A stretch of 64,000 nucleotides of DNA from the human T2T-CHM13v2.0 reference genome, Homo sapiens. The position numbers were made by a program, and so were the translations under genes. The DNA is taken from assembly GCF_009914755.1 (NCBI RefSeq), contig NC_060933.1, one strand, 5' to 3'. Under the pieces are notes generated by a model, which did no database searches, was not told where the DNA came from, and worked only from the letters and a program-made list of their open reading frames with translations. Shown in pieces: positions 16,114 through 30,458 of the stretch (its first letter is position 1; every line of letters begins with the position of its first letter).

Positions 16114-19100
16114 TTTATAAATATTTTAAAAATTTCAGTAGCTTGTGGAGTACAAGTGGTTTTTGGTTACATGGATGAATTGTATAGTGGTGAAGTCTGA
16201 GATTTTAGTGCACCCATCACCCTAGTAGTGTACATTGTACCCAATACATAGTTTATTTCTCGCCCCACCTCCCCTTTTTGAGTCTCCATAGTCCATTACA
16301 CCACTCTGTGTGCCTTTACATATCCCTAGCTTAGCTACTAGTTATAAGTGAAAGCATATGGTATTTGATTTTCCGTTCCTGAGTTACTTCAGTTAGAATA
16401 ATGGCCTCCAGCTCCATCCAAGTTGCTGTAAAAGACATTATCTTGTTCTTTTTTATGGTTGAGTAGTATTCCATGATGTATATATACCACATTTTCTTTA
16501 GCTATTCACTGGGCAATGGGCACTTAGGTTGGTTACATATCTTTGCAATTGTAAGTTGTGCTGCAATAAACATGCATGAAGATGTCTTTTTGATATAATG
16601 ACTTCTTTTCCTTTGGGTAGATAACTAGTAGTGGGATTGCTAGATCAAATTGTAGATCTACTTTTAGTTCTTTAAAAAAATCTCCATACTGTTTTCCATA
16701 GAGATTGTATTAATTTACATTCCCATCAACAATATATAAGTGTTCCCTTTACACCATATCCTTGCCAACATATATTGTTTTTTGACTTTTTAATAATGGC
16801 CATTCTTGCAGGAGTAAGGTGGTATCCCATTATGGTTTTAATTCTCATTTCTCTGATGATTAGTGATAGTGCACATTTTCTCATATGTTTGTTGGTCATT
16901 TCTTCTTTTGAGAAATGTCCATTCATGTTATTTGCCTGATTTTTGATAGGATTATTTGTTTTTTTCTTACTGATTTGTTTAGGTTCCTTGTAGCTTCTGG
17001 ATATTAGTCCTTTGTCAGATGCGTAGTTTGCAAATATTTTCTCTTATTCTCTGAGTTTCTGTTTAGTCTGATGATTATTTATTTTGCTGTACAGAAGCTT
17101 TTAGTTTAATTAGGTCCCATTTATTTATGTTTGTTGTAGTTGCATCTGTTTTTGGGGTCTTAGTTATGAATTCTTTGCCTATGCCAACATCCAGAAGAGT
17201 TTTTTCCTAGATTAATTTCTGGAATTTTTATGATTTCAGGTCTTAGATTTAAGTCTCTGATCCATCTTGAGTTGATTTTTATATAAGGTGAGAGACAGGG
17301 ATCCAGTTTCATTCTTATACATGTTGCTAGCCTGTTTTCCAAGCACCATTTATTAAGTAGGGTGTCCTTTCCCAAGTTCATGTTTTTGTATGTTTTGTCA
17401 AAGATCAGTTGGTTTTAGGTTTTGGCTTTATTTCTGGGTTCTCTATTATGTTCCATTGGTCTGTATTCTACTTTTATACCAGTACCATGCTGTTTTGGTA
17501 ACTATAGCTTTGTAGTATAATTTGAAGTTCAATAATATGATGCCTGCAGATTTGTTCTTTTTGCTTAGGATTGCTTTGGCTATTTGGGCTCTTTTTTGGT
17601 TCCATATGAATTTTAGGATTTCTTAAAATTATGTGAAAAGCGATGTTGGTATTTTGATAGAAACTGCTTTGAATCTATTGACTGCTTTGGGCAGTATGGT
17701 CATTTTAACAATATTGATTCTTCCAACCAATAAGCATGAGATGTGTTGCCATTTGTTTGTGTCATCTATGATTTCTTTCAGCAGCGTTTTGTAGTTTTCC
17801 TTGTATAGATCTTTCACCTCCTTGATCAAGTATATTCCTAGGTTTTTTTTTTTTTGCAGCTCTTGTAAAACAGATTGAGCTCTTAATTTGATTCTCAACT
17901 TGGTCATTTGTGTATAGCAGTCCTACTGATATATATACATTGGTTTTTGAAACCTGAGACTTTACTGTATTTGTTTATCAAATCCAGGAGTCTTTTGGAG
18001 GCATATTTAGGGCTTTCTAGGTATATGATCATGTCATCAGTGAACAGTGATAGTTTGACTTCCTCTTTTCCAATTTGGATGCCCTTTATTTCTTTCTCTT
18101 GCCTGATTGATTATTCTGGGTAGGACTTCCAGTACTGTGTTAATTAGAAGTGGTAAAAGTGGGCATCCTTGTCTTGCTCCAGTTTTCAGGGGGAATGCTT
18201 TCAACTTTTCCCATTCAGTATGATGTTGGCTGTGTGTTTGTCATAGATGGCTTTTATTATTTTGAGGAAAGTCCCTTGTATGCCTAGTTTGTTGGGTGTT
18301 TTTATCATAAAGGGATGCTGCATTTTAGCAAATGCTTTTTCTGCATATATTGAAATATAATATGATATTTGTTTTTAATCCTGTTATGTGATGTATCACA
18401 TTTACTGACTTGCATATGTTAAGCCATCCCTGCATTCCTGGAATGATGCCCACTTGATCATGGTGTATTATCTTTTTAAGGGCTGTTGGAGTCAGTTAGC
18501 TAATATTTTGTTTAGGATTTTTGCATCTATGTTCATCAGGGATATTGGTCTGTAGTTTTCATTTTTTGTTATGTCTTTTCCTTGTTCTGGTGTCAGGGTG
18601 ATACTGGCTTCATAGGATGAGTTAGGGAGGATCCCTATTTCTCAGTCTTTTGTAGTAGTTTCAGTAGGATTGGCAGCAATTCTTGAATGTCTGGTAGAAT
18701 TCAGCTGTGAATCCATCTGGCCCTGGACTTTTTTTGTAGGAATTTTTTTAAATTACTGATTCAATCTCACTGCTTGCTATTGGTCTGTTCAAGGTTTCTA
18801 CTTCTTCCTGATTTAATCTAGGAGGGTTGGGTGTTTCCAGGAATTTATCTGTTTCCTCTAGATTTTCTAGTTTATGTGCATAGAGGTGTTCATAGTAGTC
18901 TTGAGTGATCTTTTGCATATTTGTGGTGTTGGTTGTAATGTCTCCAGTTTTATTTCTAATTGAGTTTATTTGAATCTTGACACTTCTTTTCTTGGTAAGT
19001 CTAGCTGACAACCTATCAATTTTGTTTATCTTTTCAAGGATCTTTTTTTTTCACTTTGTTGATCTTTTGTATTTTTGTGTTTCAATTTAATTCAGTTCTG

Positions 19101-19937
19101 CTCTGATCTTTGTTATTTCTTTTCTTCTACTAGCTTTGGGTTTAGTTTTTTCTTGTTTCCCTAGTTCCTTGAGACGTGACACTAGGTTGTCAATTTGTAA
19201 TCTTTTAGACTTTTTGATGTAGGTATTTAGTGCTATAAACTTTGCTCTTAGCAGTGATTTTTCTTGCCAGAAGTTTTGACAGCTTGTGTCACTATTATCA
19301 TTTGTCTCAAGGAATTTTTAAATTTCCATCTGATTTTATTATTAACCCAAAAATCATTCAGGAGTAGATTGTTTAATTTCTACATATTTCTGTAGTTTTG
19401 ATGATTCTGTTTGTAGTTGATTTCTAGTTTTATTCCACTGTGGTCTGAGAAAATATTTGATATGATTTTGATATTTGTAAATTTATTGAGACTTATTTTG
19501 CAGCCTATAATATAGTCTATCTTCTTCATGTATAAGAAGAATGTATGTTCTGCAGTTATTGGAGAGAATGTTTTGTAAATAGTTGTTTATGAGATGTATT
19601 TGTCCATTTGTTCTACAGTGTAGTTTAAGTCCATTGTTTCTTTGTTGACTTGCTGTCTCGATGGTCTGTGTAGTGCTGTCAGTGGAGTGTTGAAATTCCC
19701 CACTATTGCTGTTTATCTCATGTTTTAGATCTGGTGGTAAATGTTTTATGAATCTGGGAGCTCCAGTGTTACGTGCATATAAAGTTAGGATCGCAATATC
19801 TTTGTGTTGGAAATTGATCCTTTTATCATTACGTAGTGACCTTCTTTGTCTTTTTTTTTTACTGCTTTTGCTTTATAGTCTGTTTTATCTGATATAAGAA
19901 TAGCTACTCCTGCTTGCTTTTGGTTTCCATTTGCATG

Positions 19938-22260
19938 TGTATTAGTCCATTCTTATGCTGCTATGAAGAAATACCTGAGACTGGGTAATTTATAAAGAAA
20001 AGAGTTTTAACTGACAGTTCTCCATGGTTAGAGAGGTCTCAGGAAATTTACAATCATGGCAGAAGGGGAAGCAAACATGTCCTTCTTCACAAGGCAACAG
20101 GAGAGAAATGTGTCGAGGAGAAAAGCCCCTTATAAAACCATCATATTTCATGAGAACTCATTCACTATCATGAGAACAGCATGGGAGGACTGCCCCCATG
20201 ATCTAATCCACTCCCTCGAGGTCCCTTTTCCAACACATGGGGATTACAATTCAAGATGAGATTTGGGTGGGGCACAGAGTCAGGCTGTATTATTTAACCC
20301 CTAGCCCCTCCCAAATCTCATCTTTCTCACATTTCAAAACACAATTTTGCCTTCCCAACAGTTCCCCAAAGTCTTAACTCGTTTCAGCATTAACCTAAAA
20401 GTCCAAGTATATAGTCTCATCTGAGACAAGGCAAGTCCCTTCCACCTATGAGCCTGTAAAATCAAAAGCATATTAGTTACCTCCTAGGTATGATGGAGGT
20501 ACAGGCATTGGGTAAATACACCCATTCCAAATGGGAGAAATTGTCCAAAATGAAGAGGTCACAGGCCCCATGCAAGTCCAAAATCCGATAAGGCAGTAAT
20601 TAAATCTGACAGCTCTGATATAATCTCACTTTACTCCATGCCTCACATCCAGGTCACAACGACAAAAGAGGTGCCCACAGCCTTGAGCAGCTCTTCCCCT
20701 GTGGATTTGCAGGGTACAGCCCCCACTGCTGGCTGCTTTCACCAGCTGGTGTTGAGTGCCTGCAGCTTTTCCAGGTGCATGGTGCAAGCTGTTGGTGGAC
20801 CTACCATTCTGGAGTCTGGAAGATGATGGCTGTCTTCACACACCTCCACTAGGCAGTGCCCCAGTGGAGACTCTGTGTGGGGGATCCAACCCCACATTTC
20901 CCTTCCTCACTGCCCTAGCAGAGGTTCTGCCTGAGGGCTCCGCCCCTGCGGCAAACTTCTGCCTGGACATCCAGGTATTTCCATACATCCTCTGAAATCT
21001 GGGCAGAGGTTCCCAAACCTCAATTCTTAACTTCTGTGCACCCACATGCTCAACACCATGTGGAAGCTGCCCAGGCTTGGGGCTTGAACCCTCTGAAGCC
21101 ACAGCCCAAGCTATACCTTGACCCCTTTTAGCCGTGGCTAAAGCTGAAGCAGCTGGGATGCAGGGAACAAAGTCCCAAGGCTGCACACAGCAGGGGGGCC
21201 CTAGGCCTGGCCCCCAAAACCATTTCTCCCCCCTAGGCATCTGGGCCTGTGATGAGAGGAGCTGCCATGAAGGTCTCTGACACACCATGGAGACATTTTC
21301 CTCATTGTCTTGGTGATTAACATTTGGCTTCTCATTACTTATGCAAACATCTGCAGCCAGCTTGAATTTCTCCCCAGAAAAATGAGAGTTTTTTTCTATT
21401 GCATCATGAGGCTGCAAATTTTCCAAACTTCTATTCCCTGGTTCCTCTGGAATGCTTTGCCACTTAGAAATTTCTTCTGCCAGGTATCCTAAATCATCTC
21501 TCTCAAGTTCAAAGTTCCACAGATCTCTAGGGCAGGAGCAAAATGCTGCTAGTCTCTTTGCTAAAGCATAGCAAGAATCACCTTTATTCCAGTTCCCAAC
21601 AAGTTTCTCATCTCCAACTGAGGCCACCTCAGCCTGAACTTCATTGCCCATATCACTATCAGCAGTTTGGACAAAGCCATTCAACAAGTATCTAGGAAGT
21701 TCCAAACTTTCCCACATATTTCTGTCTTCTGAGCTCTCCAAATCTCTAGGAAGTTCCAAACTTTCCCACATTTTCCTGACTTCTTCTGAGTTCTCCAAAC
21801 TGTTCCAACCCCTGCCTGTTACCCAGTTCCAAGTTTTCTTCCACATTTTCAGGTATGTTTATAGCAGCAACCCACTATTCAACTACTGCTTTACTGTATT
21901 AGTCTGTTCTCATGCTGCTATGAAGAAATACCTGAGACTGGGTAATTTAGAAAGAAAAGAGGTTTAATTGACCTACAGTTCTGCATGGTGTGGGAGGCCT
22001 CAGGAAACTTACAATCATGGCAAAAGAGGAAGAAAACACATCCTTCTTCACAAGGCAGCAGGAGACAGAAGTGCCAAGCAAAGGGGGAAAAACCCTTTAT
22101 GAAACCATTCCATTTTGTGAGAACTCACTCACTATCATGAGAACAGCATGGGGGGACCACCCTCATGATCTAATAAGCTCCCCTGGGGTCCCTCCCCCAA
22201 CACATGGGAATTACAATTCAAGGTGAAACTTGAGTGAGGACACGGAGCCAGACCATATCA
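19938..22260 (-). mobile_element. Complete THE1 (THE1C-like) MaLR: LTR-internal-LTR
   Basis: LTRs ~19938-20292 and 21896-22260 (tgtattagtc...ccatatca); 5-bp TSD gcatg at 19933 and 22261. Confidence 0.93.
20836..21846 (-). CDS. THE1 internal (MaLR) ORF remnant, 336 codons
   Basis: ORF track; WESLELPR, NWNKGDSCYALAKRL and WEPLPRFQRMY are typical MaLR internal ORF motifs. No evidence of translation. Confidence 0.45.
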   Translation of the reverse strand: MWKKTWNWVTGRGWNSLENSEEVRKMWESLELPRDLESSEDRNMWESLELPRYLLNGFVQTADSDMGNEVQAEVASVGDEKLVGNWNKGDSCYALAKRLAAFCSCPRDLWNFELERDDLGYLAEEISKWQSIPEEPGNRSLENLQPHDAIEKNSHFSGEKFKLAADVCISNEKPNVNHQDNEENVSMVCQRPSWQLLSSQAQMPRGEKWFWGPGLGPPCCVQPWDFVPCIPAASALATAKRGQGIAWAVASEGSSPKPGQLPHGVEHVGAQKLRIEVWEPLPRFQRMYGNTWMSRQKFAAGAEPSGRTSARAVRKGNVGLDPPHRVSTGALPSGGV

Positions 22261-23499
22261 GCATGGAATATTTTTTTCCACCCCTCTACTTTGAGTTTAT
22301 ATGAATCCTTACATGTTAGGTGAGTCTCTTGAAGACAGCAGATATTCGGTTTCTGAATTTTTATCCATTTTGCCAATCTGTATCTTTTAAGTGGAGCATT
22401 TAGTCCACTTACATTCAAATCAATATTGATATGTGAGGGGCTGTTCCAGTCATTATGTTAATTGTTACCTGGATACTTTGTTTTCTTCATTGTGTTATTG
22501 TTTTATAGGGTCTGTGATTTTTATGCTTTCAAGAGGTTCTATTCTGATGTATATTGACTTTTGTTTCAGGATTTAGACCTCCTTTTAGCATTTCTTGTAG
22601 GGCTGGGCTGGTAGTGACAAATTCCCTTGGCACTTGTTTGTCTGAAAATGACTTTGTTTCTCCCTCATTTATGAAGCTTAGTTTTGCTGGACACAAAATT
22701 CTTAGCTGACAGTTATTCTGTTTAAGGAGGCTAACGATAGGACCCTATTCTCTTCTGGCTTGTAAGGTTTCTGGTGAGAAGATTGCTGTTAGTCTGATAG
22801 GTTTTCCTTTATAGTTTACCTGGTGCTTTTTTCTCACTGTTCTCAGAATTCTTTTCTTCATATTGACTTTAGATAGACTGATGGCTATCTGTTTTGGTGA
22901 AATCCTTTTGTGATGAATCTCCCAGGAGTTCTTTGAGCTTTTTGTATTTGGATATCTAAATCCCTAACTGCTGAGACCAGCTTGGTTGGGGAGACCCTAA
23001 CCCAGTGGCACTAGAGAAATTAAAGACACACACACAGAAATATAGAGGTGTGAAGTGGGAAATCAGGGGTCTCACTGCCTTCAGAGCTGACAGCCTCGAA
23101 CAGAGATTTACCCAAGTATTTATTAACAGCAAGCCAGTCATTAGCATTGTTTCTATAGATATTAAATTAACTAAAAGTATCCCTTATGGGAAACGAAGGG
23201 ATGGGCCGAATTAAAGGAATAGGTTAGGCTAGTTAACTGCAGTAGGGGCATGTCCTTAAGGCACAGATCACTCATGCTATTGTTTGTGGCTTAAGAATGC
23301 CTTTAAGTGGTTTTCCGCCCTGGGCAGGCCAGGTGTTCCTTGCCCTCATTCCAGTACACCCACAACCTTCCAGTGTGGGCATTATGGCCATCATGAACAT
23401 GTCACAGTGCTGCAGATATTTTGTTTATGGCCAGTTTTGGGGCCAGTTTATGGCCAGATTTTGGGGGCTTGTTCCCAACTTGTCCCCCTTGTTTGATTT

Positions 23500-24606
23500 G
23501 CAAAGTGATAAAAGCAAGGGCAGCTTTGTCATTGTGAGCTCATGGGAGTCAGGATCCACATCTGCAGACTATACAAAGACAAACAACACAGATTAAAAAC
23601 ACAATTATCACTGAAATCATAGAGCTTCCAAGGGTTTTTTTTATCCATTTTAATGGGTTACTAGCTGTTAATCTGTCTGCAGCTCCTTTAAGCACTCCAG
23701 TTCTTGGCATTAAGGTCAGGTGTGCCTGGGATGCTTTAAATATTTGTTCTTTTAATTTTCCTATATCCAAAAAAGTCTGTAGAGTGTCTTTCTAGATGCT
23801 TGTTTATTCTTTTCCAAATTTTGATCTTATTAAGAACTATTAATAGTTTCCACAAATCCTTATGTTAAGCTCCTACAACGAGCCATATCATTTGAGGTTG
23901 AGGTGCCACTATACCGCCATGGTTCCAGATAATAGGAATGTTTGTCATACTTTTTATCATTTCTACCATCTGACCATTTTGTTCAGACCATCTGAACATA
24001 GTGTGGCCATGGCACACAGACTGAGAAGAGCAATTTAAGCTAAACATCCCCTTAGGGGACCAATTAATAATGATTCCATAGGAATTGTTGTGCAGCATCT
24101 CTGCCTGTTCTGCAGTGCAATCTTCCCAAACAAGTACATTCATTATTTCTGGCCAGGTTCTATTTTGTTTACAAATAGGTTTTTGAAGGTGGTATGCCTC
24201 AATTATAGGAGCAGATTTATTATGGTAAATACTGAGATCAGAAAGCATGTGTAACTGTGTCATAGAGTGACTATATCCAGGCATTATTACCAGCCAGGAT
24301 TGATAAATATGCCCAATAAGTATAATTGTTCTCTGTGTCAGCCCTTGTTTAAGGAATACTCATGGCAGTGGTGATAACTGCTATCATAGCTACCATTAAA
24401 TTACTCATTGTGACTGGTTGTCCTGCTTTCCTCAGGTTTTCTCCTGCCATCTGTGACAGCTTCTTGATCTGTCCCCAGGTGGGTGGCTGTGTTCGACAGG
24501 TGTTGCTTGTGACAGTTGGGGTCCTCCTCAGCATCAGTCTTGACGTGGCTGCAACCAGGGGGTCCTTGGGATCCTCCCAGCATCTCTTCCTCAGCATCTG
24601 GCTCAT
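23500..24606 (-). pseudogene. env: HML-3 env remnants (signal peptide, SU, TM)
   Basis: PPTWGQIKKL signal region (24349-24606), SU fragment (23865-24284), TM anchor LKEQIFKASQAHL...IIVFLICVVCLCIV (23549-23770). Confidence 0.85.
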
Positions 24607-25390
24607 GATAAGATTTCAGGTGTCTTGATAGTATCCAAATCAGCTGTTGATTTTGGCCTGGAGGAACACAAGCATAACCTATACCCCAAGTTATTATTTT
24701 ACCTATTTCCCAAATTTTTGTTATCAGATCTCTCCAACAAATCAGTTGTTCTGCTTCTGTCTTTGCAGCTGGTTTCTGTAGATGCTATTCAGCTGCTGAT
24801 AACATCTGGCCTTTGGGCAGGCTCAAAAAATTTAAAGTTAATAATGACCTCAATTACATCTACAAGCTCCACTTTTTGAGCTGAAGTATAGGGCGTCTGG
24901 AAACCTTTACCTTTTGATCCAGAATAAGAAACTTTACCATTACTAGACCCATCTGTAAACAATGAAAATGCTTAGCAGGCTGCAGGTTGTTTACCACAGG
25001 AATTGTAAATGCAAAGCATTCACAGTCTTGCTCAGCTAAGGGGATAGTAAAGAAACAATCTTTTAAATCTATGACTATTAAAGGCCAATTTTTTGGAATT
25101 ATAGCAGGAGAAGGCAATCCTGGCTGTAATGCTCCCATAGGTTGTATAACTGAATTGATGGCTCTTAAGTCAGTTAACATTCTCCATTTACCTGATATTT
25201 TCTTAATTAAGAAAACTGGAGAATTCCAAGGGGAAAATGTTGGATCTATGTGCCCATTTTCTAATTGTTCAGTAACTAATTTCTCTAAAGCATCCAGTTT
25301 CTCTTTACTTAGCGGCCATTGTTCTATCCAAATTGGCTTATCTCTTAACCATTTTAAAGGTAAAGGTTCTGGAGGCTTAACAATGGCCAC
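24607..25390 (-). pseudogene. pol: HML-3 pol remnant (RT N-terminus; most of RT, RNase H and IN deleted)
   Basis: ORF 24860-25390: [38 protein letters not shown]; similarity breaks before any YMDD motif. Confidence 0.88.
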
Positions 25391-25399
25391 TATCAGAAA

Positions 25400-26250
25400 T
25401 GATATCCTAATCTTTGGTGGGAATTTTTTCTTTCCATTTGAAGCGGTTCTTTCAAAACTTGCAAATTTTTTCTAGTCCCATACCAGGGACATACCCCATT
25501 TCATGCATTGTATGTTGACTTTGAGGGCTATATAATTGATCTGGAATTAGAACTTGTGCTCCCTATTGTTGTAATAAATCTCTTCCCCATAAATTTATAG
25601 GGACAGAAGTTATAATTGGTGGAATAGTCCCAGGTTGTCCACCGTGCCCTTCACAATGCAAAATATAACTACTTTGATATACTTCAGGGGCTTACCAACT
25701 CCATCTATGTTAAATTGAGTGGGTTGAATTGGCCACACAGATGGCCAGTGCTGTAGAGAAATGATTGAAATGTCCGCTCCTGTATCTACCAAACCTTTAA
25801 ATTTCTTTCCCTGAACAGTTATTTCACAGGGAGGACATTTATCAGTGATTTGATTTGCCCAATAAGCTACTTTGCCTTGTTTATTTGTACTTCCAATCCT
25901 CCTGTTCATTTAATTTCACTTTTTCCCATTCCCACATACGGCACAATCAGGAGCTGCGCTATGTGCTCTCCTGGCTCTGTTTTCCAGGGAACAGAAGTAG
26001 ATATAACAATTTGAATTTCCCCATTGTAATCTGAATCAATGACTTCTGTATGTATTTGTACCCCTTTTAAACTTAAACTAGACTTTCCTAAAAGTAATCC
26101 TATTGTCCCTGCTGGCAAAAGTCCACAGACTCTTGTTGGGACTTTTGCGGGTGTTCCCCAGGCAGAAGACTCACAGCTTTTGTGCAGCATAAATCTACTG
26201 TGGCACTACCGGCTGTGGCAGGGGACAGACATTGTACAGGGGTTAGGGAA
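25400..26250 (-). pseudogene. pro: HML-3 dUTPase-protease remnant
   Basis: dUTPase motifs GKSSLSLKG and IDSDYNGEI (25906-26190); protease GLVDTGADISII (25610-25909); frameshifted. Confidence 0.9.
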
Positions 26251-26279
26251 TGGCCTGAGCTGGGAATGCCCCAGTTTAG

Positions 26280-27048
26280 AATGGGGCCTGGGACAGGCCC
26301 CTCATGGTGTTTCCCGAAATTGGGTTCCCTTCTTTATCAAACTCAGAGTGACACTGATTAACCCAATGTTTTCTTTTTACATTTTGGACATATTTCAGGC
26401 TCAGCAGTTTTCTTTTTTCCCCTATCTGGTGGCCTGACTCACTGATTTTTTTCTACATTCTTTTTTAGTATGACCATGCTTCCCACAGTTAAAACAAGCT
26501 CCAGGAAATGGAGTATTTCCTTTATCCACTCTCAGTCCTGCCACTGCCTGTGCCAACAAAGTAACTTTATGCAGATTACCTCCAATACCATCACAGGCCT
26601 TGATATAATCAACTAAATGTGCTTTCCCAAATTTAAAAGGAAAAAGCTCAAATGTAGCTCTAATATTTCCCTGTTGATCTGGGGGATGTATTCTAACAGG
26701 GAACTGCCAAGGCTCTAAATCACCCTCTCACTTAGCTTGCTGAATTCCTGCCTGAATAGAACCAAGAGTGGTCGCTTGAGGCGCTGCTCGAACAGTCACT
26801 GAGGCAACTACTTTTCACCCAGTGTCCTCCAGAAAAGAAAGAACTGGAGGGTCTTTTTCTTCAAAATAATAATAAGGGGGTGCAGAAGGGTAGGGATTAA
26901 CATCTTCCTCCTTTGCTGCTTTAGCTTTAGCTGGCAAATAAACATGCTCTGTAACCTTTTCTGTTACTTCGCTATACTCTCCTTCCTCCTCATCACCAGT
27001 GTGAGAAAGTTCCAACGTGGAACATACCAGACTCCACACTTGTCCCAT
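26280..27048 (-). pseudogene. gag: HML-3 gag remnant (matrix start and nucleocapsid; capsid deleted)
   Basis: MGQVWSLV start at 27048; zinc knuckle CFNCGKHGHTKKEC at ~26455-26497; abrupt junction near 26630. Confidence 0.85.
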
Positions 27049-27170
27049 TATTACCCTGATGTTCCGAGCTCCGCTTCTTACTCACCATGGGGATTGCTTT
27101 AAGAGTACTCAGGTGTCTTCCAGCTAGTTCCAAGTTCTCCAACTGTCACTCCGGCAACTCTTCAACCTGG

Positions 27171-27195
27171 ATTCGAGCCCCCATGATTGATGCCA
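27171..27195 (-). promoter_or_regulatory. Degenerate tRNA-Lys primer binding site
   Basis: Minus strand tggcatcaatcatgggggctcgaat next to the 5' LTR resembles the Lys(CUU) PBS tggcgcccaacgtggggctcgaa. Confidence 0.7.
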
Positions 27196-29033
27196 CTTGC
27201 TGAGACCAGCTCAGTTGGGGAGACCCTAAGCCAGTGGCGCTAGAGGAATTAAAGACATAGGCACAGAAATATAGATGTGTGAAGTGGGAAATCAGAAGTC
27301 TCACAGCCTTCAGAACTGAGATCCTCAAATGGAGAATTACCCACGTATTTATTAACAACAAGCCAGTCATTAGCATTGTTTCTATAGCTATTAAGTTAAC
27401 TAAAAGTATCCCTTATGGGAAATGAAGGGATGGGCCAAATTAAAGGAATAGGTTGGGCTAGTTAACTGCAGCAGGAGCATGTCCTTAAGGCACAGATTGC
27501 TCATGCTATTGTTTGTGGCCTAAGAATGCCTTTAAGCGGTTTTCCGCCCTGGGCAGGCCAGGTGTTCCTTGCCCCCATCCCGGTAAAACCACAACCTTCC
27601 AGCATGGGCGTTATGGCCATCATGAACATGTCACAGTGCTGTAGAGATTTTGTTTATGGCCAGTTTTGGGGTCAGTTTATGGCCAGATTTTGGGGGGATT
27701 GTTCCCATCACCTAACAAGGCCAGGGAAGTTTTCAATTATTCCCTCAAATAAGTTTTGCAAACTTTTTGCTTTCTCTTCTCCCCCAGGAACTTCAGATAT
27801 TCTTAGGTCTGGGTGTTTTACATGATCCTATATTTCTCAAACACTTTGTTCATTTATTTTGATTCTTTTTTTCTTTATTTTTGCCTGATTGGGTTAATTC
27901 AAAAACCTTGTCTTCAAGCTCTGAAATTCTTTCTTCTGCTTGTTCTATTGTTAAGACTTTCTAAGACCTTTTGTAATTCCCTGAATAGCTTAAGAATCAA
28001 CCTGTTAAATACCTTATCTGGTATTTGAAAGATTTTATCTTGGTTTGGATCCATTGCTAGAGAGCTAGTGTGATATTTTGAGGGTGTAATATTACCCTGT
28101 TTTGTCATACTACCAGAATTGTTTTTCCAGTTTCTTCACATTTGGGTAGGTTAATTCTTCTAATTCTTCTTGAATTTATTTTTTATTTGACTGTGCATTT
28201 TAAAAATTTCTTTTTCCCCCCTAAGGATGTGACTTTAATGTTTATAGTTTATTGTAGCCTAATTCAGCTCTTGGTGCTTTCAGAGGTGAAGACTCTGTAT
28301 GAGTTCCTTGGTTGTAGAGATTCTTCATATGATGTCTTTCTCAGATACTGGTTGTAGTAGCAATGTGCTCAGTGTTTGAGCAAGTTCGTTGTCTCCTACG
28401 GGGTTGGAATGACAGAGGTCTCTTGAAGATTACCTTGTTGCCTCATGCAGTGCATTTATTTATTTATTTATTTATTTATTTATTTCCCCAGTATTTTATT
28501 TACTGGGTTGAATAGTTCAGGCTTCAGGTCAGTAGAGGAGGTGTGCTTGGGTAGAAACTGGTTGTGGCTAAAGCAGGTGGGTAAATTCAATACCCAAAAG
28601 TGGGCAAAAGTCCCAGCCTTGACAGAGGTGGCTGGGGGAGCTCTCAGTGAAAGACACTGAGGTTTTATCAGGGGGAAAGGTGGGAGCCACTTCAACTCCC
28701 CTGCCAGACCAGCAGTAAAATGATCCACCTCCCAGACACAATCCTGACATAGTGTTCTGGCTATTCAGAACAGACAGGAACCTCTTTTCATCTGCAGAAA
28801 CGTTGATGTTCTAAGTAGAGAGGAATTGTGACTCTATCTCTCATGCAAGCCTGAATCTGGAGGGTGCTTCACTTATGGGGATGCAGTCACCCTGAATTTT
28901 TCCAGAAAAGCTGTCTGTAGGTGCATCCATGCCAGTCTTCTGTGGGGGAGAAGCCTCAGTTGTTTCTGGAGTGGTTGACAAGGGGGAAAAATAGTCCCCT
29001 TCTCCAAGACCCTTCAGGAGCACCAGGGATGCC

Positions 29034-29286
29034 TAGACAACCAATGTTTAATTGCTTGTTCCACTTCTCTATCAAACTGTTACTCTAAGGTGGATATCTC
29101 TCTGCCCATTGCTGGACATAAGGACTGTACTGTGTGTTCCTTGGCCAGAAGAAATGATGATTGACTTCCAAATTTGTGCAATATCTCCTGTTCTGGTTTT
29201 AATTCTACTGGATAAGCAAAGCCCAGTCCAGAGTTAGTGTCTATGAGCCAGGATTGTTCTAGCAAATTCCATTTATCTGACACCAT
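29034..29286 (-). mobile_element. ERVL internal region: PBS followed by integrase core remnant
   Basis: PBS-like tggtgtcaga (29276-29285); minus-strand IDTNSGLGFAYP, ISSGQGTH and VQQWAERYPP*SNSLIEKWN. Confidence 0.75.

Positions 29287-30458
<1,172 letters not shown>

Larger units (their letters stand above)
22969..27710 (-). mobile_element. HERV-K(HML-3)/HERVK9 provirus with MER9 LTRs, internally deleted (4.7 kb)
   Basis: LTRs 22969-23480 and 27198-27710; exact 6-bp TSD cctaac (22963, 27711); polypurine tract next to the 3' LTR; gag, pro, pol and env remnants. Confidence 0.92.

Noticed and set aside
24987-25475. 162-aa plus-strand ORF
   Set aside because: Antisense shadow of the HML-3 RT fragment.
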